A stretch of 64,000 bases of DNA from Azolla caroliniana (Eukaryota; Plantae; Polypodiophyta), in the NCBI GenBank assembly GCA_043228905.1, contig JBHGNT010000005.1, forward strand, positions 21,700,001 to 21,764,000, in the 5' to 3' direction. The position numbers were made by a program, and so were the translations under genes. The notes beneath the pieces were generated by a model. That model made no database searches and was not told the origin of the DNA. It worked only from the letters and a program-made list of their open reading frames with translations. Positions 46,901 through 60,630 of the stretch are shown piece after piece (position 1 is the first letter of the stretch; each line of letters begins with the position of its first letter).

Positions 46901-49900
46901 AAACTTGCTTCTATAGGAGTGGAGATTGGCTTGCAGTCTTCAAATCTGAATCATTGTAGGAGCTTCTCAATGTACTTTCATTGATTGAGAAAAATGTCCC
47001 CCCTCAACAGTAATAAATTGAATGCTGAGGTAGTAATGGAGATGACCAAGATCTGTAAGTTCAAATGTCTTACTATGACCAGCTTTGAAATTTGCAATTT
47101 CTTGCTCATCAGGTCTTGACAAATCATCAACATAAAGCACGGCGATTAGTAATTTTTCTCCATACTTTCGGACATAGAGTTTGCTTTCAGTTGGGGTGTT
47201 CACAAAACTGAGTTGAAGAAGGTAGCATGGATCTTTGCATTCCATAGTCGAGGTGCTTGCTTCAAGCTGTACAAAGCTTTAAGTAACCTGCAAACTTTAG
47301 TTTCTGCACTTATAATGACAAAATCTGGAGGTTGAGCTACATAAACCTCTTCTTCTAAATCTCCATTTAAGAAGGTGGTTTTAATGTCTAATTGGTGAAC
47401 CTTCCATCCCTTAATTGCTGCTGCAACAACTGTAGCTTTGATTGTAGTCATCTTTGAAGTGGGGGCGAAGGTTTCTTCATAGTCTATCCCCTCCTTTTGG
47501 GAACAACCTTTTTGCCACAAGTCTTGCTTTAAAATGATCAATGCTTCCATCCAGATTACACTTGACTTTGTAAATCCACTTGGTGGCAATTACTTTTTTA
47601 CCTTTAGGTAGATCACATAACTCCCAAATGTTGTTCATGTAGATGGACCCAAGTTCTGATTTCATGGCTTCAACCCAATGGTCATGTGCTAATGCATACT
47701 TAACTGAGAGTGGTTCCTCATCACAAATTTCAGCGATAAGAGCATGATGCACATAAGGCAGTTCAGCTTGCTGATTAGTTGACCGGGTTTTAGCCTAAAG
47801 AGGAAACTTGAGTTTGCAGTCCATAAGGGTGTTAATCAGCCATTTAGGAACTGTTCTTGCTTGCTGAGAAGAGACTTGTTCTTCCTCCAATTCCATGTCA
47901 AAATCATGTGGGTTAATGACCTGTAAATTAGCATTATTATTAACAATGTCTGGTTGCTCATTTTCAACCACAAGAGATCAATTTGAGCATTGCTTGGCTG
48001 CTCTACATCTCTGTTTGGAGCATGTTCTTGCTGATGCAAAACTTGCACATTACCTCCATGAGGTTGGGTTAGTCGATCACTTTCAAACACAACGTTTTGG
48101 AGCAATGGTAACAAAGTATCAAATGCATCTGGTTGATCAAGAACTGGTTCTTTGGAGCAATCCACAAGTGGTTGAGTTGCATTTTCAGCAAATATCACAT
48201 CCCGGCTGATGATGATCTTACCAGTAGTGGGCTGAAACAACCGATAACCTTTGCTTTCTTTGCTGTAGCCAACAAAGATGCATTTTGTTGCTTTGTCTTG
48301 AAGCTTATGGTGCTGTTGTGGTGGCACAAATACATAAGTCGAGCTTCCAAATATTCTCATGTGTCCAACATTTGGCTTGTGACCAGTCCAAACCTCATAT
48401 GGAGTGATAGTTGTTATTGCTTTTGTGGGGCATCTATTCAAAACATAGTTTGCACACATTACAACTTCCAACCAAAACTTATGAGGTAGCTTCTTATTGT
48501 TGAGCATGCATCTTGCCATCTCCATGAGAGATCTATTCTTTCTCTTAACCAAACCATTTTGTTGTGGTGTGTATGGAGTGGTGCATTGATGGATAATACC
48601 TCTATCCTTCAAGAAAGTATTGAACTCTTGAGACATGTACTCACCCCCTCTATCGATGGCGAAGAGTTATGAGTTTGTGACCGCTAAGATTTTCAGCAAG
48701 GTGTAAGAATTCTTTGAAGCATGAAAAGACATTGGATTTCTCCTTCAAAGGATATACCCAAGTGTGGCGGGTAGCATCATCAATGAATGTAAGAAAATAA
48801 AGATAACCTCCAATTGATGGTGTTCTCATTGGGCCATATACATCACTATGTACAAGTTGAAGCTTGTGTGTTGCCAAAACATTTGCATCTTTTGGAAATG
48901 AAAACCTATGCATCTTTCCTAGAATATAGCCCTCACAAACATGATTAGATGGTACATGAATGGAAGGAAGATTGCATACCATATATCATGCTTGCTGAGC
49001 CTTGCAAGGCTGTTGAAATTTAAATGGCCGAACCGAGCATGCCATAGTTCAAAATTGCTTTGTGTTTGGGCATCCACTGCCAATGCATTTTGCTTATCAA
49101 ATTTCTGATATATGTCACGTTTGTAAACGCTGTTGAACAAACTACCTGTTATGACAATGATATCGCCCTTTGTATGATCATGTACTACGCATTTGTCATA
49201 GAGAAAATGGACAGGGTATCGATGCATAGCAATGGCAAAAACAAAAAGAAGGTTTTTCTTTATGCCAGGGACATAGAGAACATTGTTCAAGGTGACTACA
49301 TCCCCTTTGATAGTTGTAGTATTAACTTCACCAATGCATTTTATGATGTAAGAAGCATTATTGGCACAAGCAACGGTGCCCGCCTTATGACAAGCATCTT
49401 CAAGTGTGACAAAGAGATTTTTGCAAGAAGTTATGTGTTTAGAAGCACCGCTATCAAAATACCATGCATCTGTAGAGTCACTTACTGATAAACATACGTC
49501 ATCCTTTGAGGGATCATACATTGTATGTATCAAGAATGCCCACTCATGTTGAGCAATACGTGCTTCTACCTTCGTACCAATAGAGGTGGTAGCATTAAGA
49601 CCAGTCAGTTTTTTCTTCTCTTCACTAGCTTTCCTTTTTCGACATTCACTAATGTCATGGCTTGGTTTACGACAATGATTGCACCTTTTCTTCTTCTTCT
49701 CAACATGGAAAGTCAAGGCATCATTGCCTTTAAAAGGAAGGTTATTTTGTTTTCGTTCTTGTTGGCGTTTGAACTTGGAAGAGGTAACAAAAACTTGATC
49801 ACCACTATTAAGAACATCCCGAGCTTGGGATTGAGATTCCTATAAGAGAAGGGAGATTAGCTCATCAAAGCTGAAGCTCTCTTTACCTCTTTGTAAGACG

Positions 49901-52900
49901 CCTTATTGTTGTGGCGAAGCTTTGATATGAATTCGGAAGTGTGGCAAGAACTTTAGAAACTAACTCCTTGTCTGAAATCACCTCATCAATGTTGAGTAGT
50001 TGTTCCTTGAAGTCCTTGATTTTTGTTAAGAATGCGTCCATGGATTCACCTTCTTGCATCCTTGTTTCTTCAAGTTACCGCTTAAGCATAACAACACTTG
50101 CTTCATTCCTTTGAGCATATAGGTTCTTTAACACATCCCAAGCACTTTTTGAGGTCGTGCAAGATCGGATATGTGGAACAATGTGATGTTTAACCGATAA
50201 TGCGATGAGAGCAGGGGATTGAGCATCCTTACCATCCCGCATAAGTTGTGAAACAATGGATTGTTGAGTGGAGCTTGAAGCATTGTTTGCGTTAGTTGTT
50301 CCTTAAGGGGAGGGAGAGTTTGGAGAAGAACTTGAAGTTGGAGGTTCATCTTTGCATCCTTGTTTCTTCAAGTTGCTGCTTAAGCATAGCACACTTGCTT
50401 CATTCCTTTGAGCATATAGGTTCTTTAACACATCCCAAGCACTTTTTGAGGTCCTGCAAGATCAGATATGTGGAACAATGTGACGTTTGACTGATAATGC
50501 AATGAGAGCATGGGCTTGAGCATCCTTACCATCCCACTTAAGTTGTGAAGCAATGGATTGTTGAGTGGAGCTTAAAGCATTGTTTGTGTTAGTTGTTCCT
50601 TAAGGGGAGGGAGAGTTTGGAGAAGAACTTGAAGTTGGATGTTCATCGGATCCGATGACAATGTCCCATAGCAGATTTGCTACCAGTACATGTCTCATCA
50701 TATATGCCTACATAGGATAGTTAGTACCATCCAACTTGTCTTCAGCATTAAGCATATGAAAAATATTAGTTTGCTCAGCCATTGCAAAAGCAAGAAATAT
50801 GGATGAGATATTGCAATACTTGGTGGTTATATTCACCAAAATGTACTAAAGCAATATAATATTGAAGAAATACATGAGAGATAAGAGTTACTTTGGTTTG
50901 CTGAAAACTTATTTTGTTGTGGTAAAAACTGGTTGCTGCAATTTCTGTGCAATCAGGGTTTGAGATTGCGACAAAACTTGTTTTGACTGTACCTCCAAAA
51001 CCAAAAATCCGATTTGGGCATGCAAGTAGTCAAAAGAATCGGCTCGTAATCTACGTTTTGAAAATGTGAAAATAGGGAAAGATCGCGTCTGTTGCAGTTT
51101 TCTGTTGTTCGAACTTTCGTTGCTGTTGATGGTGAGGTTTGATGTCTTCTTAGATGGGAAGAGATAAACCGAAAGATCTATGTATGCCTATTTGGAAGGA
51201 TAGGATAGAGAAAGTAACCTAAACCTGCTCTGATACGATTTGTGGAAAATGTAGGGATCCTAGACTAACTCTCACACAATGAGATCACTTAAAAGACTTA
51301 AGGAAATATCAGTAGATTAGGAAAAACGAGCATTTATTACAAAGATGTAGAATGGTTTATATAACCAGTATCTACAGGTAGGTGGAAACCCAACGACCAC
51401 TTTATTAGGTTCACACTATTATAACTATATTCAAACCTAACAACTACTTAACTAGGTTCATACTATTCTAAGTATGTTCACACCCAACAGTTACTTAACT
51501 AGGTTCACACTATTATAACTATGTTCACACCAAAGGTTTAGTAGGATACACATTAAGTGTAACACACACATCATGTCTAGGGAAAGTGGTTTGTAATGAT
51601 GGTTGGCATCTTGTGGACATTAATATATCATCATCTTCTTTTAATGTTAATGTATCTGGTTCACACTATAACCTGGAAATATTCCAGTCCCCGACACATT
51701 ATCTATGAGATAGACTAATAATAGTCATACTTATATTTATCCTTTTGGCATAAACCACTTGAAAATCTATCATGTCAAAGATAAATTCTAATATTGTTTT
51801 AATTTGTTTTAATCTGTATGTTACACTTTTGGGGATTATTGCTCTTCTATAAATATGGAAGATTGTTCATTATAATGACTTTAAAACAAGAAAATATGTT
51901 CATTTAGTGAACTATATTGGATTGATTATTCAAATCACAATACTTATCACTTAATGATTTCTATTTGATTATTTTCTTCACTAGATTAATGTAGAATTAT
52001 AAGGCAAATCACAATAGCTAGCAATTTTCTAAAAATCCTTAAATGTAGTCCAAATATCTTATATCCAGGATGCATAATGAGTTGTCTGCTCATACATTTA
52101 TGTGTGGATCAATTCCAGGTTGATGTTTTCCGACTTCACTATGAAACTGCAAATGAAAGCTTTCTGTTTCCCATACCAGTAACCACAACAGAACCCATGG
52201 ACTTTGGAGAATTCATAACAGAATTTTCCTCTCTTCTAAAGGCTAAGAAAAACCAGGTTTTGTATCTTACGCTAAGGTCACTCCCGGAAAGAAGTTGCCC
52301 ATCTTCAATGCCAGAAGAGTTTTGCCAGTTTATTGATAGGTTTGTAAATCCTATTACAAGATTGAACTTCATTCCCAAAGGCACCATAAAGCAAGTAAAT
52401 CTTTGGATGGGGGCTATTGTGACAAGCAGATTACACTTTGATGCCTTAGATAACCTTCACGTATGTTTGTCAGGGAAGAAAGTTCTACACTTATATTCGC
52501 CATTAGATCTTCCAGATCTCTATCCAGAACCTTGGGATAAAGGTTAGTATCATATATCCTCCCTCAAGCTTTCAATGGATTTCTAGGGAAGTTTCGTATC
52601 ATATGGTTTCTGATCAGGCTCATATATACATTGCATTATGTATTTGTTAAGTTTGAAAATCCTCAAGAAACTGAACATAAAAATTGGATATTCAAGTGAA
52701 ATTCTATCTCATAAAGCGTGCTTGGTGGCCTATAGCTGATTTGTGTGAACAGTATACAAATAAATTTCTGCTATTCTCTATATTTTTGCTGCTGTTTGAT
52801 GTTTGTCACCTTATAGTGATGCATTGTGATTGAATTGTAGAAACTTTTGGTCAAATTTACATGAAACATGACGTTTATTATGCATGAGATGTGGCTCTTA

Positions 52901-54242
52901 CTTCTATGAGCGCTGATAGGTGATGCTGAAACGCATGAGAAAATCTAGCCATGGAAGATTAAGTTTTTGACCATCTTCCTAGCTAGTTCTAGTTTTCCCT
53001 TTATATTTTATAGATTCAGCCGATAGGGACATCTTTTGCAGTTTTGGCTACAAGATTGGTTTCACACCGTTGTTAGATGTCCAGAAATTTTACTGATCCA
53101 AAAGAAATAATGATGAGATTTTTCTACACATTATATAGTTAAAAGGAAAGTAAGGATACATTTTTTCAATTACTTTTGAGCTTCATTGTCCTACATCTCA
53201 GCAAAACAACCCATTGTCATTCTCTTTTATCCGGAATCAGCTGCTTAAAAGGATACTTTCAAGGTCAAAGGAAATAGAAATTTCATCGTCACTAGTGATT
53301 ACGTTTATCTAGTATAATGGTGCATTGATGCAGAATTAGGAAGCTCAATTTTTTGGACGGTGATCATTCATAGTTTCTTAAGTACATTTTACTATAAAAT
53401 TGCATCAATGCATGATTATGAAGATCGAATTTGTGAAAAATTATCATGTAGTAAGAAGTTCAGATATTTGTTATTATTATTGCTGTATTAGTAGAGACTA
53501 CATAAGTGGTAACTGTAAGAGCCCCATGTTGTCAAATTGTCCTGCAGATCAATTGAACAATGTCTCTAGCATTGGATCAGCATTTATTGCAAGTCATGAA
53601 AAGCATACTCGCTTTTTCGAGAATGTGAAGTGCTTCAGGACAGAGGTGCCCATAAGTTCTCTCTATTTTGCTTTCTTATCAGTCTTCCATTTCCGAGCAT
53701 GTTATGCTTTATATTAACACATCATTTGGTTATTGCAATAGCTGAACTCTGGGGAGGCAATTTTCATTCCTGCAGGCTGGTGGCATGAGGTATATATATT
53801 CACATATAGTCTTCTATCTTTTAGCCATCCATCTGGTGATTTTGTTTCTAATGATCAAAAAACAAAATTTAATGGCATGCTTTAAGCACAAAATACCGTA
53901 TTGCTTCAGGTCTTTACCTTGGAACCTAGTGTATCGGTGAATGTATGGTTTGGTTCAAGTTTGAATGCGAGGTTTCGCCCAACACTCCTGCATTTAAAAT
54001 CTGTAAGCTTCTTGACATCGTCTCTCTGCCTTTAAGTCATTTCTTTGTGTTTGGTGGGAAAAAGATACACAGATATGTTTCAGAAACAAAACATTTATGT
54101 CAAAGAAGCATGTGAATGTGTTTTTCGAATGTGTTTTTCGAATACAGAAGTAGTACTAACTTGAAACATTTGTTGACATCAATTGAAGGAGAAATATTTG
54201 CAGTTCATGTTGAATTCAACACATGTGAAGGCTAAAGGGTAA
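43909..54242 (+). CDS. JmjC-only (Cupin_8; FIH/JMJD5/TYW5-like) 2-oxoglutarate Fe(II) oxygenase, ~332 aa; exons 43909-44190, 52119-52542, 53548-53645, 53742-53789, 53910-54002, 54189-54242
   Basis: Phase-consistent splicing. VNLWMG...SRLHFDALDNLHVCLSGKK...GEAIFIPAGWWHEV...SVSVNVW with intact HxD...H triad. Exon 1 linkage and the last acceptor (54188 or 54203) are less certain. Confidence 0.85.
45979..51564 (-). mobile_element. Full-length decayed Ty1/copia retrotransposon inside JmjC intron 1
   Basis: 324-bp LTRs at 45979-46302 and 51241-51564 (TGT...ACA), TSD CACAC, PBS TCGTATCAGAGC (mutated iMet) at ~51227-51238, PPT CAGGGGGG next to the left LTR. gag ATG at 50782, then protease WYFDSGAS, integrase, RT, RNaseH (FTDSDW...EAEY...TDSQSA...RTKH). 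Confidence 0.96.
50054..50647. repeat. ~297-bp tandem duplication within the Copia gag
   Basis: Copies 50054-50350 and 50352-50647 (TTGCATCCTTG...GTTCATC). Confidence 0.93.
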
Positions 54243-55309
54243 TTTGTAATTTTCCCAAAACTCAAGTATATGCTTATGAGGAGATAACAATGTGGAAGGG
54301 CACATTTAAAGGCTCAGGGATAGTATGGAATGTTCTCGAAACTTAAGGATACGCTTATGAGGTGTCAAGGATGTGGAATGTAAGGTTCCATAAGAGTGCG
54401 TAGAGCCAAAGTGAATGCAAATTTGGGGTTTAGATCTTCATACTATGCTTGAAACTGAAGGATAATATACCATATGCACTCACGAAACAAATGGCATATG
54501 TTCCATTTTAGATAACCGGAGGTTATATTCTACATAGAGCAATGTGACATTTGCTTCATATTAGATATAATTGGAACGTATATCCTCAACGTGTGACATT
54601 TGCGCCATCTTAGATGATTGGCGTATACCCCCGCATAGAACAATGTCGCAAATTCTTAATGTTGATAGATGCCTCTACTGTTTGTATAATGCTTGAAATT
54701 GCATGAGCAGCCTACATAGAACAGATTGATGCATATGTAACATATTTTCTTAATCCCGTTACTTTTATAATACATTTTCTTTCTATAGTAATCATTGTTT
54801 GTTTGTCTCAAAAAGGATTCATAGACTTTGATATTTATTTCTTGCAATGATTGGTTAAATCATCTTTTGGTTTACTTTACACGCCTCTTACTACACTACA
54901 TAACACATTTATATTTGGCAAGGAGCACGATGGGAGCGCGCACACCGATTGGGATAGAGAGGAAGATCGTAGACAAGGGACAAAAGGCTCCATGACCTTC
55001 ACAATCTCTTCGCAACCTGCCCCTTGCTGCTCACCCACCCCCCCACAATTGTTCTTACTTACCTGCTTTGTCTAACGCTCCTTGCCCATCGCTTCATCCG
55101 CTACCCTAATCTTTCGACCATCACCCGCGCCCTAGTCTGTCATCCTTCCTTCGATTCCCACACAATCCCCTTCACCTCCCTCTTTACCTTGTCGTGGTAC
55201 AAGTGCAACACCGGTTTCTCCACTTCAAGACACTCCATACCTTGCACAACCGTCGACCCACGACCCAATAACACCTCTGTCGCCTTAAGGATTAGGGTTT
55301 AGGGCTGTC

Positions 55310-55615
55310 CCTTCCTTGATTTTGCCTTACTTACCGTCGACTTTGCCCTTTCTTCGACTCTGTCCTTTCTTCAACTCTATCTTCTCTTCGACTTTGTCCT
55401 TTCTTTGACTCTGCCCTTCTCCTCTACTTTGCCCCTTTGACTCTCTGCCCTCCTTTCTTTGACTTTGTTCTTTCTTCGACTCTTCTGCCTCTTCCCTTTC
55501 TTCGAGTCTATTGCTTATTCGATCCTGCCCTTTCTCCGACTCTGTCCTTTCTTCGATGCTATCACTTCTTCGACTTTGCCCTTTCTTCTACTTTGTTCCT
55601 TCTTTGACTATGCCT
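55310..55615. repeat. Pyrimidine-rich degenerate tandem repeat (TTCGACT(C/T)TG(T/C)CCTTTC)
   Basis: More than ten degenerate copies of the motif. Confidence 0.75.
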
Positions 55616-55632
55616 TTTTTGTCCAAATAGGT

Positions 55633-56105
55633 GGAAAATATCACTCACAAATAGGTGGAATAAGGGAAGTCCAACCACTCGGTAAGGGGCTATATCAAAT
55701 CGTCTTGGAAAACAAGGACTTTGTAGAGAAACACATCAATGTCTCATGCAATATCCGAAATACACAGATGTTTATGCACAAATGGATACATGGTTTTAAT
55801 CTAGTAGAGGCCACACAACAGAAGATTTCGATGAAAAAGTTAATGATGTTTTCTCGTTTATCTCTGCAATATAATGTGTTGTTACCAAGTATTGGAAATT
55901 CTTTTGGATTGATGTTGAAATAGGAACTAATAGGGTAAATAACTTATGCCCCCCATCTATATGACTTTTGGTGCAGGATATTGACAGATTGCCTTCCAAA
56001 ATCCTCATTCTTGGTAAAAAGAACATGTGCTTTAAATAACAAATAGAGGTGATTGGTGCACCAGGGCAATGTTTTAGATGCAACAACTTTGGTCACCTTA
56101 AAAAG
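55633..56105 (+). mobile_element. LINE ORF1 fragment (DUF4283-like region plus zinc knuckle)
   Basis: IREVQPLGKGLYQIVLE...MFMHKWIHGF...LPSIGNSFG...GAPGQCFRCNNFGH. Confidence 0.7.
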
Positions 56106-57600
56106 AAGAATAAGGATTTTGGAAGGCAGCCTATCAATATCCTACACCAAAAGTCATATAGATGGGGGGCCTAAGTTATTCTTTAGCTTGTCTAGTAATG
56201 TTGGTCTTCCTCCAACCTCTATTCGAAGGAATTTCAAATACCGGAAAGCAACATGTGTTCCAGAGATAAACCATGAAACATCTTTACCTTTTTCTATTGT
56301 ACCCTCATATATCCATTTAATTTAAAACCATGTATCCATTTGCACATAAAAATCCGTGTGCTTTAGATATGGCAAGGGGACTTTGGTATAAGTTTCTTTA
56401 CGTAGTCCTGTCCTCTAGGATGACTTGATAAAACCCCTTACCGAGTGGTTGGACTTCCCTTATTCCACCTATTTGTGAACAGTATTTTCCTTGCAACATA
56501 TCTCAAAGCAACCCTCTTTTCGTGCGTGCTCAATGATATAAATAACATCAAGCTAGGCGAATTACCACGTTTTAATGGCCCTCAATATGTAGGTCACTAT
56601 CTGTCCGAGTGTGGCAGCATGGGATCCTTTGCCCCAATGAAATAGAATCAATTCGACACGCTCTATGGCACTGCCTAGAGACTCATTGAGTATGGAGGGA
56701 GGTTGGTTGAATATTGCAATTATGCAAGGTGCAAGGCACAATCAAGGGGGGAATGTATCTTGGTTATTATGGCATGTCCCAATTGTTAGATATGAACATT
56801 AGGAGAGGATGATGTTGGTGATAAAGGCACAAGAGATTTGTTTTCACCACCAACAATGTTCACTAAATCCACATCAATGCCAAATATTAAGTCATGATGG
56901 AATTGGCCATCCCAATAACATTATGGACTGCAACAATGTTGTAGGCGAGTTAACACTGTTGCTTGTGGCTCGATTGAGGATTTTTGTTGGACTCATGTTG
57001 GTTTTGTTGATAGTGTAATGTTGCTTTGAGGAGTGCAAGATTTTGTTCTTCCCTTGTGTATGCCTCCTTTCTTTCCGACATCCTCGATGTCTTGTGTGAG
57101 CGTGTCCTCGATGCCGCCCTTTGTGAGTTGGATCATCCATGGTTCAATATGTCCTATGTTTTGTTGGTCTTTAATTGAACTTCCAAGATGTGAGGGTGTG
57201 TTGAGAGGTACGTTGGTGGAGGGGCTAAGGGCGAGATTTATATTTGGTAATACCTTGGGGTTATCCCTCCTCCGTAGTAGCGAGTGGGGTTGGATGTGGT
57301 GGCGTTTTGATTTGTTTATGTTTGGACCGACTTGTTTTATAGTGTGGTCTTTGATTTGAAGTAGTCTGTCAAATGTTGGTTCAAGTTTGCCATTTTCTTC
57401 ATGTTGGTCCTTGTCAAAAGGTCTTTGGTCGAATGTTTGCTTGTCGAAGGCTCTCTAGTCAAAGGATTGCTTGTCGAATGTTCGATTTTCTAATGTTCTC
57501 TTGTCGAATGCTCACTTGTTGAGTGTTTGGTTAGTTGAAGGCTTGTTTGTCAAATGTTTGCTTGGGAATGTGCACGTATTGAAAATTTTGGGGCCAAATG
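56106..57600 (-). mobile_element. Related LINE ORF1 fragment in opposite orientation
   Basis: 56106-56490 is a diverged reverse complement of 55633-56012. It continues into low-complexity sequence with TCGACAAG-type repeats (57400-57570); the far boundary is approximate. Confidence 0.6.
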
Positions 57601-57899
57601 CAGGATTTTGTGCTAATGGGTAGATTTGATGGGTCAATTGTCTTGAATGTCATTTAGTGCTAACTACGCTAGTCTTACTTTAATTTGAAAACAATTAATA
57701 CTTACAAAAAACGTTTAGTAGAAAGAAAACCGGATGATTAGTCTTGGATGTCGTTTAGTGCTAAATATGCCAGTCTTAATCTAAATGAAGACAATGTGCT
57801 TCATTCTCTTAATCTCTTTCACACTAAGTAGCTTGCCTCATGAGCTTACACAGCTCGTCAATAGCTTCAAGAGTCAGTCTTATCCCTAATAGTAGTGCC

Positions 57900-59220
57900 A
57901 AATAGTTGTGTTGTTTCTGCATGTTACAAGGAAGCACTACTATAGATCGATGGAATTCTACATCTCGTCGATGTCATTGGCCTAGGATCCAAGCCGGCAT
58001 TACCCTTTTGGTGGCGAACAAAGCGGGGGTAGTTGTCAAATACCTCAGAGCTAGTAGCTTACATAGTTCTATGCAATTAATATTAATCTCTCTTGCTTTA
58101 CTTTGTCGTATAGAAGCGTTGCCGCAACTTGCTTGCCATGCGTGTACTAACCATAGAAGCCTAGTGGCAGGATCATACCATCTTCACTCTCCATGATGGC
58201 TCAAGTGAACTCACATGCGAGGTGATGTAGTTGTTGGACCATAGTTCCTCAATGACTTGCTTGGTGATGTCATCCGGATAGGCAAAACAAACCAGGTCGG
58301 CAATGTTGAGATTGGGCGTGATGGTGGTGTGCAATTGAATGGGAAGGTGTTCGTCAAACAAGTCACTATCACTCAGGCATGGTTTAGACCATGTATTCTG
58401 GGTACAAGATGAATAATACCAAGGCACAAGCGTGTGCGTGTGCTAGAGGCTGTTAGCATGCCACTTGGGGGTGAGGCACAAATGGTCGTAGCAATCGAGC
58501 CCGGTGTGAGAAGAGTGTGTTCTAGGGCTTTAACTCCTTTCTTCCTGGTCACTAGGTTACCTTGTTGGAGGTCCCCTTTGTTCTCCTCGTAGTACGTAGA
58601 CTGGGATTTGTTCGCCCTCAAAATCTATCAAGTGAGAGAGGACTTCTTCTCTTGGAAAATCTTGGAATTGGTCTTCGTATCACGAGCCATCTACTTAACA
58701 ATATTAATAACAAGACATTGTCTTTATTTTTCACTTCTTTGCTCACATGTACGAGAGAGTAATGCGAGAGAGGGTAAGAGAGATTAACATTAATCGTATA
58801 AAGCTAAGTAAGCTAGTAGCTCGGAGGTATGTGACAACTACCTCTCCCCAGTTCGCCACATGTTCGCTCGCCACCAAGAGGTTATGCGAGAGAGGGTAGG
58901 AGAGAGATTAGCATTAATTGTGTAAAGCTAAGTAAGCTAGTAGGCTAACGACATTGATGGGAGGCAAAACTCCATTGATTCATATAAGTGCTTATGTACA
59001 ACTCACGGAAACGACACAACTAGGTGACGTTATTGCAGGAGATATGAAGTTGTAGATAGGTTAAACAACCAATATGATGGCATCACAGGTGGATCCGACA
59101 GAGCTGAAAGATAGTGATTAGCCTTCGTCCAACAATGGTCATTCTCTCCCTTTCTTGAATCAGTGGGCCTCCGCATAAGATGGAGCTATCGAGAGACCCT
59201 TCTATGGTTTGTATATAACA
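57900..59220 (-). mobile_element. Possible 5' fragment of a Gypsy element (LTR ~58861-59220, PBS, decayed gag)
   Basis: On the minus strand, a TGTTATA...GAACA-bounded segment is followed by TGGCGAACTGGGGA (PBS-like) and broken ORFs starting MARDTKTN (~58690). No second LTR or TSD found. Confidence 0.4.
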
Positions 59221-60099
59221 TTAACAATTGTAAATTTTTTTAACTAATGCAAGGAGTTTTGTTTTTGGAAAAAAATAAAAAACAACAGAAAGTTTTGAGT
59301 GCACAAATGATGAATTGAAATCTTCAACTATGCTCTTTTATGTGAAAAAAGACTAAGCTACAACTCCAAAGGGGTACTCTTTTCTAGTACTTTTTGCTTT
59401 TAGCGGCACATTATATTACTAAAGTGAAAACCCCTATGAGAATTTGTATGTCAAATAGGAAAGTATAAACATAGGCCTACGAATTGCCAACAATGTTATT
59501 AGAATCAAGGCACACATAATGGAACCGTTTAGGGAAAAGCTAGATAACTTATATGAATTTGGAGTAGAAATACCTAAATTTTTGTTCATTATGAATAGAC
59601 TAGAGTGATGATAGAGACTTCTATTAGACCCATACAAATGAGATGATAAAAGACTAAGGTCACGGGATAGGGAACCCAACGGTCAAAACTACTTGCACAA
59701 ACTAATATTTTTATAATGTTTTATAGAGAATTGTTTGGCTAAATATATAGCATTACGAAATGTCACCACCTTGCACAATCTAATACATGATCACCATCAA
59801 TGGATGAGAGGTGAGGAACATGCTCGATTCCAACCATGCTATATAATTAATTATGGAAGTTCTTGTTCTTGGTTATAACTTTGCCCACTTGAACTAGAAT
59901 AACCTCTTCATTTTCCAGGAGTTTTTCAACATTTGTCATCACAATGATGCTCATTCACGAAGCAAGATTTTAAATACATGTTCACTTTGAAGTCAATTTC
60001 TTATCAACCAAAATTGTGGCATTCGAGCAAGAACTAAGCATGGTAAGAGCATAATAATATGAAGAGATATGAAATTGTGCTCTCCAACATGAAGCAAAT

Positions 60100-60630
60100 C
60101 TAGTTTCTTTGTGTCAACAAGACTTGAGTTTCCAAATCTCCCAAAAGGAGCCAAATATCAACCTACCAAGAAAGTTTGATGGTACTTGCTCACAATTTTG
60201 AGGATTTATAAACTAGATGCACCTTGTGATGCACATGCCTCCCAAGAGATATCAAGGAACACTAATAACAAGCCCACCATTTTCATGGTTTGCGCCATGA
60301 TTAGAAAAGAGCTCTCTTGTAAGACAATTTTTGTGGTTTCATGATTCATCAAGGAATTCGAAGCAAGTTTTGGAAATACATATAGTGTTAAAACATCAAT
60401 CAACAAAATTCGTTGAGACAAGGAGATCGTGTTGCCTCAACTTATGCAATAGATTTTTGTCTCCTTGCATTTGATATTTGTTGGGATGAAGAACCATTAA
60501 TGCATCAATTCCATCACGAGCTATGCAGTAATGTCAAGGATTTACTACTGACTTTCAATGAAGATCCAAAATCACCCATGGAGGCTATTAGTCGAGTAGT
60601 ACAATGTCATAATCAATTATTTGAGTGACG
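60100..60630 (+). mobile_element. Ty3/gypsy chromovirus (Tcn1-like) gag relic
   Basis: KFDGT...GFIN...LSWFAP and LRQGDRVASTYAIDF...WDEEPLMHQF...VKDLLLTF...EAISRVVQCHNQLFE. Confidence 0.7.
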
